Program-made: the position numbers and the translations under genes | The notes under the pieces: generated by a model | Database searches by the model: none | What the model saw: the letters and a program-made list of their open reading frames with translations, nothing else | What the model was told of the DNA's origin: nothing | In this document: piece by piece, positions 1 through 10,149 of the stretch | Layout: each line of letters starts with the position of its first letter | How positions within the stretch are numbered: position 1 is the first letter of the stretch | Assembly: GCF_009931435.1 (NCBI RefSeq) | Contig: NZ_CP043414.1 | Direction: 5' to 3' (one strand) | From: Escherichia coli | GTDB lineage: Bacteria > Pseudomonadota > Gammaproteobacteria > Enterobacterales > Enterobacteriaceae | Length of the DNA: 64,000 nucleotides

Positions 1-62
1 CCGACATAATTCACCTCCTTTTTAAGCTATCATCTGGCTTAATTAACTGTTTATTATTTAAC

Positions 63-245
63 TCATGGCAGATGTTTATTTCCATCTAAAATGGCATCAA
101 CGGGAAAATAAGCAATGTGTTTATTGTTATTCTTCTCATTTATTTTATTGGTATGGTTGTTTTTTAAATCAATTGTTGCTTCCTCTTTATATTTCTTGGT
201 TGCTTCTTCAGGCGTAAAAGAAGATTTTTTTATGTTTATGTTCAT
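63..245 (-). CDS. hypothetical small Lys/Asn-rich protein
   Basis: 60-aa ORF on the same strand, 9 bp downstream of the chaperone ORF. Very AT-rich. No motif recognised. Confidence 0.3.
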   Translation of the reverse strand: MNINIKKSSFTPEEATKKYKEEATIDLKNNHTNKINEKNNNKHIAYFPVDAILDGNKHLP

Positions 246-254
246 TTTGCCGAC

Positions 255-752
255 TCACTCTGTTTGAACTTCCTCTTCGGAATTGGCTGTCAAGAGTTCA
301 AGATAAGCATTAGCCATCTCTTTAACTTTTTCATTTTGACTGTAGGTTACGACTGTATTAAATAACTCCGTGGCCATTTTAATGTTTTTTAAGCCCATCT
401 GGCATTGGCCCATATAATAAACCAAAGAGAAATCGTTATCGGGAGATAGCATCAAACAGATATGATACATGTCGAATGCCTTTTGATATTCTTTCTTCAA
501 CTGACAGACGGCGGCATATCCCTTTAAATAATTATAATTTTGGAAATCATAAATACAGAGAAATTTAAAAAAGAGTTCAGCTTCGTCAAGTCTTCCTTTT
601 TCATAAAAGTTATAAGCGTAAGCATAAACGCCTTCAAGGGTATCCGGGGTTATGCCATGCAGTTCTGCAAGCGTTGCTCCCATACCTAGTGCACGTTCGA
701 ACTTACTGGCAATTTCTTTATTTTCTTCTAAATCCAGATTTGCGCTTTCCAT
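255..752 (-). CDS. type III secretion class II chaperone, SicA/IpgC/LcrH (TPR) family
   Basis: 165 aa. The block GATLAELHGITPDTLEGVYAYAYNFYEKGRLDEAELFFKFLCIYDFQNYNYLKGYAAVCQLKKEYQKAFDMY parallels Salmonella SicA (recalled from memory) almost position for position. Confidence 0.85.
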   Translation of the reverse strand: MESANLDLEENKEIASKFERALGMGATLAELHGITPDTLEGVYAYAYNFYEKGRLDEAELFFKFLCIYDFQNYNYLKGYAAVCQLKKEYQKAFDMYHICLMLSPDNDFSLVYYMGQCQMGLKNIKMATELFNTVVTYSQNEKVKEMANAYLELLTANSEEEVQTE

Positions 753-1053
753 CTCTACTCTCTCCTTTCGAACATTCTTTGTTCAGACTTCACCATTTTT
801 TAGAGGGTGGTGATATCAAAATTCGCTCATTTTTATGCCCATCCGTTGGACTTCCTTTTCTGCATTAAAAACAACTATTGTTTCAATGAGATAAGATTTT
901 CTATGTGATGAAATGAAAATAATGTAGAGGGAATTTTATCCACAATCCTGATGAACGGGTTCAATTCTGATTGGAATTTGAAAAAGCAGGTGATTTACTG
1001 ATGTGCGAGCGTACGTCAGTGGCTGCTGGCCTGAGCGCGGAGGTGTGCGAAAT

Positions 1054-1347
1054 TCACATATCCGGGCATTCCACCTTACCCAGCGCTTCCCAGTAGTTAT
1101 TCTGATTATTACGCTCCATCGCCACAATAGCTTCGCGGATATGTTGTTTGTTACTCTCATCAGACAACATTAATTTTTCCCACGCTTCGTCTGATAATGA
1201 CGCCTGTGGCGTGCAAATTTTACGTAAATCTTGCAATACCGTGGTCTTTTCTTTTGCCGACTGTAGAGAACTGAATGGCGACTCGGCCTGAGAAATGGCT
1301 GGGAAAGTCAGGAATACGGTAATCATGAGTAGCATCGTTGGCTTCAT
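1054..1347 (-). CDS. yicS: YicS, small secreted protein of unknown function
   Basis: Internal ATG at 1347 gives MKPTMLLMITVF...ALGKVECPDM with a signal peptide, matching the K-12 YicS I recall. The ORF-track N-terminal extension is unlikely to be real. Confidence 0.85.
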   Translation of the reverse strand: MKPTMLLMITVFLTFPAISQAESPFSSLQSAKEKTTVLQDLRKICTPQASLSDEAWEKLMLSDESNKQHIREAIVAMERNNQNNYWEALGKVECPDM

Positions 1348-1555
1348 AGCTGCAACCTTCTGCAAATGTGCATCGAATGAAGCATAAGTGTAGTTTGCTT
1401 TTGCCGCTCTCATCATGCTGTACGAAAGGTGTTTGCGTGGTCAGTAAGAAGTGCCAGTTTTATATACCTTTTTCTTCTATTCGATAGCTTTTCGTTTTTT
1501 AAATCGTAGTGATCTTGCCATTATAGTCAGTTAACGATTAAAAAAAGGATAAAAA

Positions 1556-2374
1556 ATGAAACTGACAACACATCATCTACGGGCGGGGGCCGCATTATTA
1601 CTGGCAGGAATTCTGCTGGCAGGTTGCGACCAGAGCAGCAGCGATGAAAAGCACATTAAAGTGGGCGTTATTAATGGCGCAGAACAAGATGTCGCGGAAG
1701 TCGCTAAAAAGGTGGCAAAAGAGAAATATGGCCTCGATGTTGAACTGGTAGGATTTAGCGGTTCGTTGCTACCGAACGATGCGACAAATCATGGCGAGCT
1801 TGATGCGAACGTCTTCCAGCATCGACCCTTTCTTGAACAAGATAATCAGGCGCATGGTTATAAACTGGTAGCGGTGGGAAATACATTTGTCTTCCCCATG
1901 GCGGGTTATTCCAAAAAAATCAAAACCGTGGCGCAAATAAAAGAAGGCGCGACAGTGGCGATCCCCAACGACCCGACCAACCTTGGTCGCGCGCTTTTAC
2001 TGTTGCAAAAAGAGAAGCTAATTACTCTGAAAGAGGGAAAAGGGTTACTACCTACCGCGCTGGATATAACCGAGAATCCTCGTCATTTGCAGATTATGGA
2101 ACTCGAGGGGGCGCAGCTCCCGCGCGTACTGGATGATCCCAAAGTTGATGTGGCGATTATCAGCACCACTTACATTCAGCAGACCGGGCTTTCTCCGGTG
2201 CACGACAGCGTATTTATTGAAGATAAGAATTCGCCGTATGTGAATATTCTGGTGGCACGGGAAGATAATAAGAATGCAGAAAACGTGAAGGAATTTCTGC
2301 AATCTTATCAATCGCCCGAAGTCGCTAAAGCGGCAGAAACCATCTTTAACGGTGGCGCGGTGCCTGGCTGGTAA
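1556..2374 (+). CDS. nlpA: lipoprotein-28 (methionine-binding NlpA family lipoprotein)
   Basis: 272 aa with lipobox LLAGC. Full-length match to the E. coli NlpA sequence as recalled. Sits in the K-12 gene order yicS-nlpA-yicL-setC. Confidence 0.95.
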   Translation: MKLTTHHLRAGAALLLAGILLAGCDQSSSDEKHIKVGVINGAEQDVAEVAKKVAKEKYGLDVELVGFSGSLLPNDATNHGELDANVFQHRPFLEQDNQAHGYKLVAVGNTFVFPMAGYSKKIKTVAQIKEGATVAIPNDPTNLGRALLLLQKEKLITLKEGKGLLPTALDITENPRHLQIMELEGAQLPRVLDDPKVDVAIISTTYIQQTGLSPVHDSVFIEDKNSPYVNILVAREDNKNAENVKEFLQSYQSPEVAKAAETIFNGGAVPGW

Positions 2375-2377
2375 TTC

Positions 2378-3301
2378 TCACTCATGCCGCGCCGGACGAT
2401 TTATTTTTCTGGCGCGGCGACGGGAATCCATTGAAATCAAAATCACCGATGACAGAATCAGCAGTGTGCCCAGCCAGTCCGGCAATGTGAACGTGATCCC
2501 CAGCAACAGCAAAGAGAGCAGCGCGCTACTTAATGGTTCTGCACAGCTCAAAATGCTGGCTTTTGGCCCGCCAATGAGCTGTGCGCCTTTCAGATATAGA
2601 CTAAAGGTTAGCGAAGTTCCGATTACCACCAGATAGAAAAACGCCAGAATCAGGCTGCCATTAACCACGAAGTTTGTTCCTTGCCCGGCATAGAAGGGCA
2701 GCAGGATTAGACCACCGATCAGCATACTCCAGCCGACGACCGGTAACGTGCCATAGCGGGCAATCAGCGTTGAGGGATAGGTGGTATAGAATGCAGCAGC
2801 AAATGCCGAGGCAATGCCCCAGAATAACGCGGCCGGAGAGATCGATAATGACGTCGGATTACCGTGTGTCACCAATAAAAAAGTCCCGATCAACGATGTC
2901 AAAATAGCGCAAAAAACCAGAATGCCCGGGCGGGATTTACGCACCAGTGAGAACCAGGCGACGATAATCGTCGGTGAGAGGAATTGCAGCACCGTTGCCG
3001 TGGCAGCATTCGATTTTTCAATGGTTAGCAAAAAAGTGAGCTGTACGGTTAGCGCGCCAACCACGGAAAAAATCAGCAGACTAATGGCATCTTTGTGATT
3101 GTTAATAATAGAAAAGATTTTATCGCCATGCACAAATGACAGCGTCAGCAGAATCAAACCGGCGAATATCAAACGCGTCATAGTCAAAAACTGCGACGAC
3201 ATCTGGCTTTGCTCCATGATGTATTGCGCGCAGACCCCTGAACTTCCCCACAACACGGCGGCAATCAGAACGTTCAGCATCCCCTTTCTGGTGGAACCCA
3301 T
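2378..3301 (-). CDS. yicL: EamA/DMT-family inner membrane transporter YicL
   Basis: 307-aa polytopic membrane protein, [23 protein letters not shown]... Synteny with K-12. Confidence 0.9.
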   Translation of the reverse strand: MGSTRKGMLNVLIAAVLWGSSGVCAQYIMEQSQMSSQFLTMTRLIFAGLILLTLSFVHGDKIFSIINNHKDAISLLIFSVVGALTVQLTFLLTIEKSNAATATVLQFLSPTIIVAWFSLVRKSRPGILVFCAILTSLIGTFLLVTHGNPTSLSISPAALFWGIASAFAAAFYTTYPSTLIARYGTLPVVGWSMLIGGLILLPFYAGQGTNFVVNGSLILAFFYLVVIGTSLTFSLYLKGAQLIGGPKASILSCAEPLSSALLSLLLLGITFTLPDWLGTLLILSSVILISMDSRRRARKINRPARHE

Positions 3302-3411
3302 TTTTCCCTCTGCATACTGTTTTGTCGTTTATGTATGCAGGCATGATAGCAAAAATGGCGAGGATGGCTCTGTTTGCGCCACGCCGATTTTTCTTAGCTC
3401 AGACTGGTGAG

Positions 3412-4596
3412 CTAAATATCTTTAATAAACAGCAGGCAAATCATCGCAATACCCAACATCCCTATCGCCAGCCAGAACAACGAGTGGTAGCTCCAGATTT
3501 CAACCATAATTCCGTCAACAGAGCCGGCGATAATCCAGCCGACGCGTGAGGTATTTGCATATAACGTTGTCGCAGAGCCTATTTTTTCAGGCATCAGATC
3601 CTGAAAATAAAGCATGCCGATACCACAGAGAATACCAAGGAAAATGGCATTTAGAATTTGCAATTCCAGCTCAACTGCCGGAGTCGTCGCCATGAGTACG
3701 CTGGCGTAAAAACACATACCACTCACGATAGCAATGAGCATTAATAGTCGCTTGCCAATACGTTTCATGTAATAGCCTGCGATTAACATCATCGGAATTT
3801 CCAGACCGGCAGCAATACCAATCATTTCTCCAGCCAGTTTATCGGTTAGATGCAGTTCATCAATAATAAATAGCGGCATATTTATCATGTAGAGATTATT
3901 CGCCGCCCACATCATTGAACAGACTACAAAAAGTAGCCGTGTATCCCGCTTTCTATGGATGGAGGGTAAAATTTCTACGGGTTGGGTAACGACAGGAATA
4001 TTTCTTTGTATTGATGGCAAAAACAACCAGACTATCAGCCCGCAAATAACAAATGCGATGGCAGCGGTGAGATACATCACTTTAAAACTAAATCCCATTG
4101 CCAGCTCATAAGCGAGCGGTGGCCCGATAACCCAGGCAAGCGAGATCTGAGCACGTAAAAATGTACTGAACATGACCGTCTCACGGCCTGTTCTGTCGGC
4201 GTGTTCACGGGCGAGGGCGAACATTTGCGGGTTTGCAGTGGAAGCAAAACTACTCAGAAGTACGCCCGTAGAGAGGAGAATGAAGTAGTTGCGATTCCAC
4301 GCAAAAAGAGTGCAGGCCAACACTCCAAATAAGCAACATAGCAGGATCAGTAATTTACGGTCGCCTTGTTTATCGGAGTGCCTTGCCAGAAATTGACTGA
4401 CCAGAATTCCCATAATAGCGCTACCGGTGAAGAAAAAACCTACCATTATAGGACGGGCTTTCAGTTCATCTGCGAGGAATATACTTAGGGTGGGAGTCTG
4501 GAGAGCGCCCGCAATACCAGTCAGAAAGGCGACAAGTAAAAATGCCGCGGCAGTGAGATCAAGTATTTTTGATGGAGTGGTAGCCATTTTTTGCAT
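3412..4596 (-). CDS. setC: MFS sugar efflux transporter SetC
   Basis: 394-aa MFS protein, MQKMATTPSKILDLTAAAFLL... Matches K-12 SetC as recalled. In K-12 it is the gene next to selC. Confidence 0.9.
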   Translation of the reverse strand: MQKMATTPSKILDLTAAAFLLVAFLTGIAGALQTPTLSIFLADELKARPIMVGFFFTGSAIMGILVSQFLARHSDKQGDRKLLILLCCLFGVLACTLFAWNRNYFILLSTGVLLSSFASTANPQMFALAREHADRTGRETVMFSTFLRAQISLAWVIGPPLAYELAMGFSFKVMYLTAAIAFVICGLIVWLFLPSIQRNIPVVTQPVEILPSIHRKRDTRLLFVVCSMMWAANNLYMINMPLFIIDELHLTDKLAGEMIGIAAGLEIPMMLIAGYYMKRIGKRLLMLIAIVSGMCFYASVLMATTPAVELELQILNAIFLGILCGIGMLYFQDLMPEKIGSATTLYANTSRVGWIIAGSVDGIMVEIWSYHSLFWLAIGMLGIAMICLLFIKDI

Positions 4597-4979
4597 TCTT
4601 CTGAATCACCGGGCGACAAAATATAACTGAGTTACAAATAAGTACCAGTCGAATGAGTATTATATTAAGAATTTTTGAGTATCGCTGATACAACCAGAAA
4701 GCAATGCTAGCGCAATATTATAGGGCCAGCAATTGAGATTATTAGCAAAAGCATGTTAAGAATTAATCACCGAATTTATATATTAATTATAGTAAGGCAA
4801 TGAGCTATTTTTGATAGTAAAAATAAAACAAGTTTAATTGATATATTAAATGAAAAAATTAATCTTGATGGCAGTCTGATTATTGGTGAAGTTTATAGGT
4901 CAGTTTTTTTCGCCAGCGGTTAAAGGAATAGAATCGTCGTATAAAAAAAGGGTGTTTTGGGGCGTGTAAAACAACATCT

Positions 4980-5175
4980 TCACCTTAATGGCGATACAGT
5001 TGGCTGAGAGTCAGCAGGGGGGCAAATCACCTGCAAATAAACACGGCGCATGCTGGCGCGAATATCGCGGATGCGTTCGAGGACAGAAGAACCGACAGGC
5101 GGATTCTTCAGTCGCTCATCGTCCATCACAAAACCTTTGATCAGGTATTCCTGAAGTTGATTAAATATTGAGCAG
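4980..5175 (-). pseudogene. RhuM-family protein fragment (degraded)
   Basis: The minus-strand reading gives QLQEYLIKGFVMDDERLKNP...LERIRDIRASMRRVYLQV, then a stop at 4980-4982. These are the conserved RhuM blocks, but with no start codon and an internal gap. Confidence 0.5.
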
Positions 5176-5234
5176 TAGAAAATATCTGGATTGACTGTAT
5201 TACAAGGGGTTGGAGAACGTCAGTAGAAGCAAAT

Positions 5235-5258
5235 TGGCGGAAGATCACAGGAGTCGAA
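5235..5258 (-). repeat. 24-nt copy of the selC tRNA 3' end (island att/boundary repeat)
   Basis: tggcggaagatcacaggagtcgaa is the reverse complement of TTCGACTCCTGTGATCTTCCGCCA, the T-arm/acceptor/CCA end of tRNA-Sec as recalled. Identity stops after 24 nt. Confidence 0.75.
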
Positions 5259-5393
5259 TATGGGTGTTAATGTTTTGATTTTAAATGATTAATCTGTGTT
5301 GGATAAATGAGTAACCCCCATAAGAACCCCCAAATAACTTTGTGTAAGGGAATGAAGCTAAAATACACAATCGAATCAATTCTTAGAGCTTTA

Positions 5394-6236
5394 TTATGAA
5401 GGTAACACTCCCGGATAGTGTTTCGCAATAATATCATTCAGCCTGTCAACCAGTTCTGGTTTCCTGAACCTGATGTGCGCGGAGCCTTTCTTAAAGTATC
5501 TGATGCTGAACATCTCATCTTCATAGCATTCTTTACCCTGAACAGACCGGATGTGATCATCCAGACGAATAGTGATGTTTTCCCGGTTGTCGGGGATCGG
5601 TTTGCCGCTGAACAGATGTAGCATTCTTTCCAGGTCGACGAGTCGGTCAGTCTGTTGCCCGGTGATAAGATGAAACCCCCACCGGTCCCACCTCACCAGG
5701 TTGTTGACGATAATTTTACTGCCAAATTTGCAGGGGCAATTGGTTTTGTAATTCCAGCTCAGTCCCCTGAAGACGTTGATCACCCCTCGCTCAAACACCT
5801 CATCCTTATTCTGGTGTAGTTGTTCAAATGTGATCAGAATGTTCGCTTCACTGATTTCCGGAAAATTATCGTACTCCAGTGACCGGTACCATGTATCACG
5901 GGCCTGTGCATCCATTAAGGAAAGCATCCCTGAACGTTGCATCAGGTCACGCCAGATTTCGCGATCGAGATTGCGTGTGATGGCTTTCATTGCGGTTTCC
6001 GGTTTCTCCATCAGCCAGCAGCCGCAGCGAAAATCCTGTTTCATGGCCCAGCCCGGGGTGGCTTTACCGCCAATACTTTCTGTCATTGCTGATATTTCAG
6101 CCAGTTGCCGGATAAGTGTGTCGATTTGCAGCAGTGTACTCTTTCGTACAGCCAGAATGTGGCGGATACTGGTTGAGCAGATAACGTCCGTATGCCCGGT
6201 GACCACTTCCGGACGGGAGATTGTGATGTCTGACAT
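5394..6236 (-). CDS. DUF4942-type protein (terminal gene of CP4-like elements)
   Basis: 280-aa ORF downstream of the cbtA/yeeW-like genes. Position and sequence are typical of the DUF4942 family as I recall it. Confidence 0.65.
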   Translation of the reverse strand: MSDITISRPEVVTGHTDVICSTSIRHILAVRKSTLLQIDTLIRQLAEISAMTESIGGKATPGWAMKQDFRCGCWLMEKPETAMKAITRNLDREIWRDLMQRSGMLSLMDAQARDTWYRSLEYDNFPEISEANILITFEQLHQNKDEVFERGVINVFRGLSWNYKTNCPCKFGSKIIVNNLVRWDRWGFHLITGQQTDRLVDLERMLHLFSGKPIPDNRENITIRLDDHIRSVQGKECYEDEMFSIRYFKKGSAHIRFRKPELVDRLNDIIAKHYPGVLPS

Positions 6237-6320
6237 TATCGGTTTCCCTTTTGGTTTATAAACGAAAACGCCAGCCCTGTTCAGGCTGACGTCAGTGGAA
6301 TGAAGTATGGTGAGTGATAT

Positions 6321-6743
6321 TTACCGGTTCTGGTGCAGAAGCTGCAGATGACGAAGAGTACGGACATCCTCCCGGGCCTGTTCGATACAGGGCAACAGTG
6401 CTGCCGAATCCGTTTTATCCTCATCGTTGTCAAAGATAATTCCCGATTCGCAGTCGATATTGTCCTGCAGCCACGCAATGAGGATATCCAGCGCTGTTTC
6501 AGTGGTTAATGGCATCACGCTCTGTATCACTGTATTGTCTTCCGGCAACTGATGAGGGCTGGCAGAAGTCGCCGGTGTTTCGGTAGCGTCACGTTCATCC
6601 ACCACGCGGAGTGAATAACCGTTTTCAGCGACCTTGTTAATCAGTTCAATGAGATTAACACCATCGACGTCAACGACAATTCGCCCCATGTTCAGCGCCT
6701 GCACGTTAACGCTGTCGGCTTCCAGCGTCAGGGTCAGTTTCAT
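6321..6743 (-). CDS. YeeW-like (DUF5983-type) protein
   Basis: 140-aa ORF. Its start overlaps the cbtA-family stop by 4 bp, the usual position of yeeW homologues. Confidence 0.55.
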   Translation of the reverse strand: MKLTLTLEADSVNVQALNMGRIVVDVDGVNLIELINKVAENGYSLRVVDERDATETPATSASPHQLPEDNTVIQSVMPLTTETALDILIAWLQDNIDCESGIIFDNDEDKTDSAALLPCIEQAREDVRTLRHLQLLHQNR

Positions 6744-7117
6744 CGTTTCGCCTCCGGATGCTTACCCAGGGTGATATTGTTCACCGTTCTGTAGTTGTGG
6801 CTGGTCATCAGGCCTGTTGCCCGGCGAGCCCGGAGAATATCAATGCTGTTGATTAACTGCGACGAGGCTCCTGCGCTGAATCCCGGCTGGTCGGTACGTA
6901 CCAGCGCGTATTTCTCAACGAGAAAGTTCACCGCATCACACAGTGAAATGCCCGCTTCAATATGCTGCTCAATCACACGTTCATCAGCGAACGGTGTGTC
7001 ATTCAGCGCGAGGCCGTAGTGCTGGTCCAGCAGTCGGGTGAGCAGTGTCTGCCAGATGGTGACGGGAGACGGGCAGTGCGATGCCTCCCGTATGTGTGTG
7101 TCGGGTAATGTTTTCAT
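6740..7117 (-). CDS. cbtA: CbtA/YeeV-family type IV toxin
   Basis: 125 aa. [43 protein letters not shown]... closely resembles YeeV/YkfI/YpjF. Confidence 0.9.
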   Translation of the reverse strand: MKTLPDTHIREASHCPSPVTIWQTLLTRLLDQHYGLALNDTPFADERVIEQHIEAGISLCDAVNFLVEKYALVRTDQPGFSAGASSQLINSIDILRARRATGLMTSHNYRTVNNITLGKHPEAKR

Positions 7118-7206
7118 ACTGAAGATTTTCCTGATATGCAGAGATGAAAAATGGGAAAGTGGCGTGATGAAAGCACCTGGCTGGAGCAGAGGGTTATCTT
7201 GGTGGT

Positions 7207-7572
7207 TTACGTTTTTGTTTCGGGCGTCGGATAAACAGCCAGATAAACGTAACCACAGGAGCCGAAGGTGTCGGCTTCGCAGGTCAGTCCTTTCGCATAC
7301 AGCGTGACGGTATGCTGATAGCGAGGGCTGAGTTCACCACTGGTGAGCATGAGCTCCAGTTGTTTCATCAGCAGCGGAAAGGCCTGGTCCAGGTGGTACG
7401 AATCCGCGTCGCTGAACCGGCCTCTGATACCGGCGCGGTCTGCAAGGTAATGCAAGCGGTTACCCTCCTGCACCAGACGTGCCCCGAAACAGGGCATCAC
7501 GGTGCAGGGTAGCCCCCACCAGGGGCGGTTGTTGTTGTCGGGATGCGTTGTCCCGGGCAGTGTGTCTGACAC
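7207..7572 (-). CDS. cbeA: CbeA/YeeU-family antitoxin
   Basis: A GTG at 7572 gives [49 protein letters not shown]..., colinear with YeeU. The ATG at 7632 in the ORF track adds 20 non-homologous residues. Confidence 0.85.
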   Translation of the reverse strand: MSDTLPGTTHPDNNNRPWWGLPCTVMPCFGARLVQEGNRLHYLADRAGIRGRFSDADSYHLDQAFPLLMKQLELMLTSGELSPRYQHTVTLYAKGLTCEADTFGSCGYVYLAVYPTPETKT

Positions 7573-7650
7573 GATAAAGTCCTCACTGAAATCAGTTAAG
7601 AATAGTTCGATGGTGGCGATAATTCGGCTCATCAGAATGCCCTTCCTGAC

Positions 7651-7872
7651 TTAGTTCAGGGTGACGCTCATCAGCCGGACATACGGGCCAAAACTGTCCT
7701 TACGGCGTTCAGCAAACACGGCAAGAACGCCGGGAATATCCTGCACTTCACGACCGGTATACGCTTCAGCGCTGCCGTGCCAGCGGTACTTACCGGTACA
7801 GAACGGAAAAAGACGGGATGCAGGATGCTGTTGGTGAATACGCATGGCTTCACCACGGGTGATAATTTTCAT
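7651..7872 (-). CDS. DUF987 protein (YeeT-like)
   Basis: 73 aa, MKIITRGEAMRIHQQHPASRLFPFCTGKYRWHGSAEAYTGREVQD..., near-identical to YeeT as recalled. Confidence 0.85.
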   Translation of the reverse strand: MKIITRGEAMRIHQQHPASRLFPFCTGKYRWHGSAEAYTGREVQDIPGVLAVFAERRKDSFGPYVRLMSVTLN

Positions 7873-7934
7873 GATGGGATACCTCTGAAGACAGAAGATA
7901 AAAGTGAAAACAAGTGTGATGTAGTTGTGACGGG

Positions 7935-8411
7935 TTAAAGCAGACCGTGTTCCGCAAAGGAGAAAACCTGGTTGCCACCGACTATCAGATGGTCCGGCAC
8001 CCGGATATCCACCAGGGCCAGTGCCTGTACCAGACGTTCGGTGATAAGCCGGTCTGCCTTACTGGGTGTGACTTCACCGGACGGGTGATTGTGTGCCAGC
8101 ACCACGGCAGCGGCATTGTGATACAGGGCGCGTTTAATCACTTCCCGGGGATGGACTTCCGTGCGGTTGATGGTGCCGGTGAAGAGGGTTTCACCGGCAA
8201 TCAGCTGATTCTGGTTGTTCAGATACAGCACCCGGAATTCTTCACGCTCCAGTCCCGCCATGTTCAGAATCAGCCATTCCCGTGCCGCATGCGTGGAGGT
8301 GAAGGCCACGCCGGGTTCATGAAGATGGCGGTCCAGGGTTTTCAGGGCCCGCTGAATGAGGCTGCGCTCACCGGGCGTCATTTCTCCGGGCAGAAAGGAA
8401 ATCTGTTGCAT
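7935..8411 (-). CDS. RadC-like JAB-domain protein (YeeS/YkfG/YfjY family)
   Basis: 158 aa with the JAMM-like motif AAAVVLAHNHPSGEVTPSKAD. Canonical position in CP4-type elements. Confidence 0.9.
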   Translation of the reverse strand: MQQISFLPGEMTPGERSLIQRALKTLDRHLHEPGVAFTSTHAAREWLILNMAGLEREEFRVLYLNNQNQLIAGETLFTGTINRTEVHPREVIKRALYHNAAAVVLAHNHPSGEVTPSKADRLITERLVQALALVDIRVPDHLIVGGNQVFSFAEHGLL

Positions 8412-8425
8412 TGTTCCGGCCCCTT

Positions 8426-8911
8426 TCAGTCAATGATGCGCATAATGGCGCTGCATTCCGGATGCTGCAGGGCGTAATCCCGCAACCGATAATAATGGAC
8501 CGTCATGGCATAACACTCCGTACGACAGGCATGATGGCTGTACGTCATCAGACAGGCTGCAATGCCGGCGGCTTCCGGGCTCATTTCAGCGCGGTTACCG
8601 TTCATGGCATTGAACAGTATCCAGGTTTCTCCATCATCTTCATCCGGTTCAGGTGCTATAAATGCGCCACCGTTGTTCAGGGTGTACAGATTCCAGATAC
8701 CCCCGCAGTAGTCTTCACACAGACGGTCCATCCAGCCGAAGACACGGGGCTCCAGGGTCACCCACTGTGGAATGAGGCCAAAGTGCTGCGGCCAGAAGCT
8801 GATGCGCTGTTCATCAGGGACGGGAGTGGCAACCAGTTGAGACTGGTTATTCCCTGATGCAGTAGTTACGGAAACAGAAGGTGTGGTGGAGCTATGCGAA
8901 AAGGTTGTCAT
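8426..8911 (-). CDS. antirestriction protein (ArdB/KlcA-like, YfjX family)
   Basis: Start taken at MTTFSHSSTT (ATG at 8911). The block WPQHFGLIPQWVTLEPRVFGWMDRLCEDYCGGIWNLYTLNNGGAF is typical of this family. Confidence 0.8.
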   Translation of the reverse strand: MTTFSHSSTTPSVSVTTASGNNQSQLVATPVPDEQRISFWPQHFGLIPQWVTLEPRVFGWMDRLCEDYCGGIWNLYTLNNGGAFIAPEPDEDDGETWILFNAMNGNRAEMSPEAAGIAACLMTYSHHACRTECYAMTVHYYRLRDYALQHPECSAIMRIID

Positions 8912-9002
8912 GAGATGATTCCTTATAAAAAGTAAATGAATGGAAGAATGCATGGGGACTGGTACAGACGTGAGTCAGGGCTGCACTTTCAGGGAAACAG
9001 CA

Positions 9003-9821
9003 TCAGCGCATGCTCTCCAGCAGCGTTTCTGCCATCACCCACAACGCCCGGTTGAGCTTAATGTCGGTATCGATGCTGTGAATGGCCCGGGTATGGATAC
9101 GTTTTCCTCTGGCACTGCGACCGGAAATCCCGCCTTTCAGCATATTTTCCTGGATGGTCTGATAAGCACTCCACAGGTCCTTACCGTAATCCTCCCGGCG
9201 TCGTGGCGTCAGAATGTCGGTAGTGGTGACGGGCTGATGTTCATCACCATAACGGTAAGTCAGCGCCGCCTGTGCCAGCGCCTGGCGTGCCGGTGGCGGC
9301 AGGACCAGCGACTGCATGGCATCACGCTTTTCCTCAATCCGGTCAAACACGCCCACCACTTCGTAAGCACCTTCAATCACCCTGTCCACCACGTTTCCCC
9401 GGTGGGGCACCCGGACTTCTCCCAGCGACTGACCGCAGACCAAGCCATTGGTGCAGATGGCACGAAAATATCCGGGTAACATCTGGTAGCTGGATGAACC
9501 GTCATGGGAGTTGAGCAGAATAATTTCAGGCACATGCTGACCGGTTATCTGTCCGGCCCGCCGCAGACGCAGCATATGTTTGGTATATTCCCGGCGGCTC
9601 TGGTCGCGCACACGGGTCTGGCAGGCGAAGAACGGCTGAAAGCCTTCCCGCTGCAGATTTTCCAGGACGGTGATGGTGGGAATGTACGCATACCGTTCAC
9701 TGCGGGAGGTGTGCCGGTCTTCTCCAAAAATACTCGGGACGTGGTACATCAGTTCTTCGCGTGTCAGTGGGCGCTCCCGACGGATCTGATTTACATGACC
9801 AAAACGACTGGCTAATTGCAT
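9003..9821 (-). CDS. DUF932 protein (YafZ/YfjQ-like)
   Basis: 272 aa. MQLASRFGHVNQIRRERPLTREELMYHVPSIFGEDRH... resembles YafZ. Confidence 0.8.
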   Translation of the reverse strand: MQLASRFGHVNQIRRERPLTREELMYHVPSIFGEDRHTSRSERYAYIPTITVLENLQREGFQPFFACQTRVRDQSRREYTKHMLRLRRAGQITGQHVPEIILLNSHDGSSSYQMLPGYFRAICTNGLVCGQSLGEVRVPHRGNVVDRVIEGAYEVVGVFDRIEEKRDAMQSLVLPPPARQALAQAALTYRYGDEHQPVTTTDILTPRRREDYGKDLWSAYQTIQENMLKGGISGRSARGKRIHTRAIHSIDTDIKLNRALWVMAETLLESMR

Positions 9822-9910
9822 ACTTTGCTCCTTATGAATGAATTAGCGGTATAAACGAAAAGGCCGCGTCTCCCGGAGAAGACGCGGCCTGATGGATGAA
9901 ATGAAGACGT

Positions 9911-10144
9911 TTATTGCCTGAGAATTCCCTCACTGGCGAGATACGAATTTAGCTGTTTTCCGGCATCAGGTTCAAAATTCCAGCACCGCCAGCGTAGCTG
10001 CCCTTCGGCATTGCGGATAACCAGCCGGAAATGCGTTCCCTGGTCATCTTCAATAAGCACATTGCGGTAAGCTGTTGTGACGGCAACCGCCTGTTCGCGT
10101 GAGAAAGGGCCTTCGGGCAATAAAACAGGGTGGCAGTCCGACAT
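9911..10144 (-). CDS. DUF905-type small protein
   Basis: 77-aa ORF in the conserved slot between the lipoprotein gene and the DUF932 gene of CP4-type elements. Confidence 0.55.
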   Translation of the reverse strand: MSDCHPVLLPEGPFSREQAVAVTTAYRNVLIEDDQGTHFRLVIRNAEGQLRWRCWNFEPDAGKQLNSYLASEGILRQ

Positions 10145-10149
10145 ACCGG

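Noticed and set aside
936-1160. 74-aa minus-strand ORF overlapping the 3' end of yicS.
   Set aside because: It overlaps a conserved gene in another frame and has no ribosome-binding site or homology.
4905-4940. Short strings resembling internal selC segments (gccagcggt, gaatcgtcgt) upstream of setC.
   Set aside because: They are not colinear with the tRNA sequence and are too short to distinguish from chance.
5235-5258. A complete selC tRNA gene.
   Set aside because: Only the terminal 24 nt match tRNA-Sec, and the sequence diverges immediately upstream, so no cloverleaf is possible. It is an att-type partial repeat.
7947-8857. Plus-strand ORFs of 176 and 148 aa across the radC-like and antirestriction genes.
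   Set aside because: They are antisense to strongly recognisable minus-strand genes and have no motifs.
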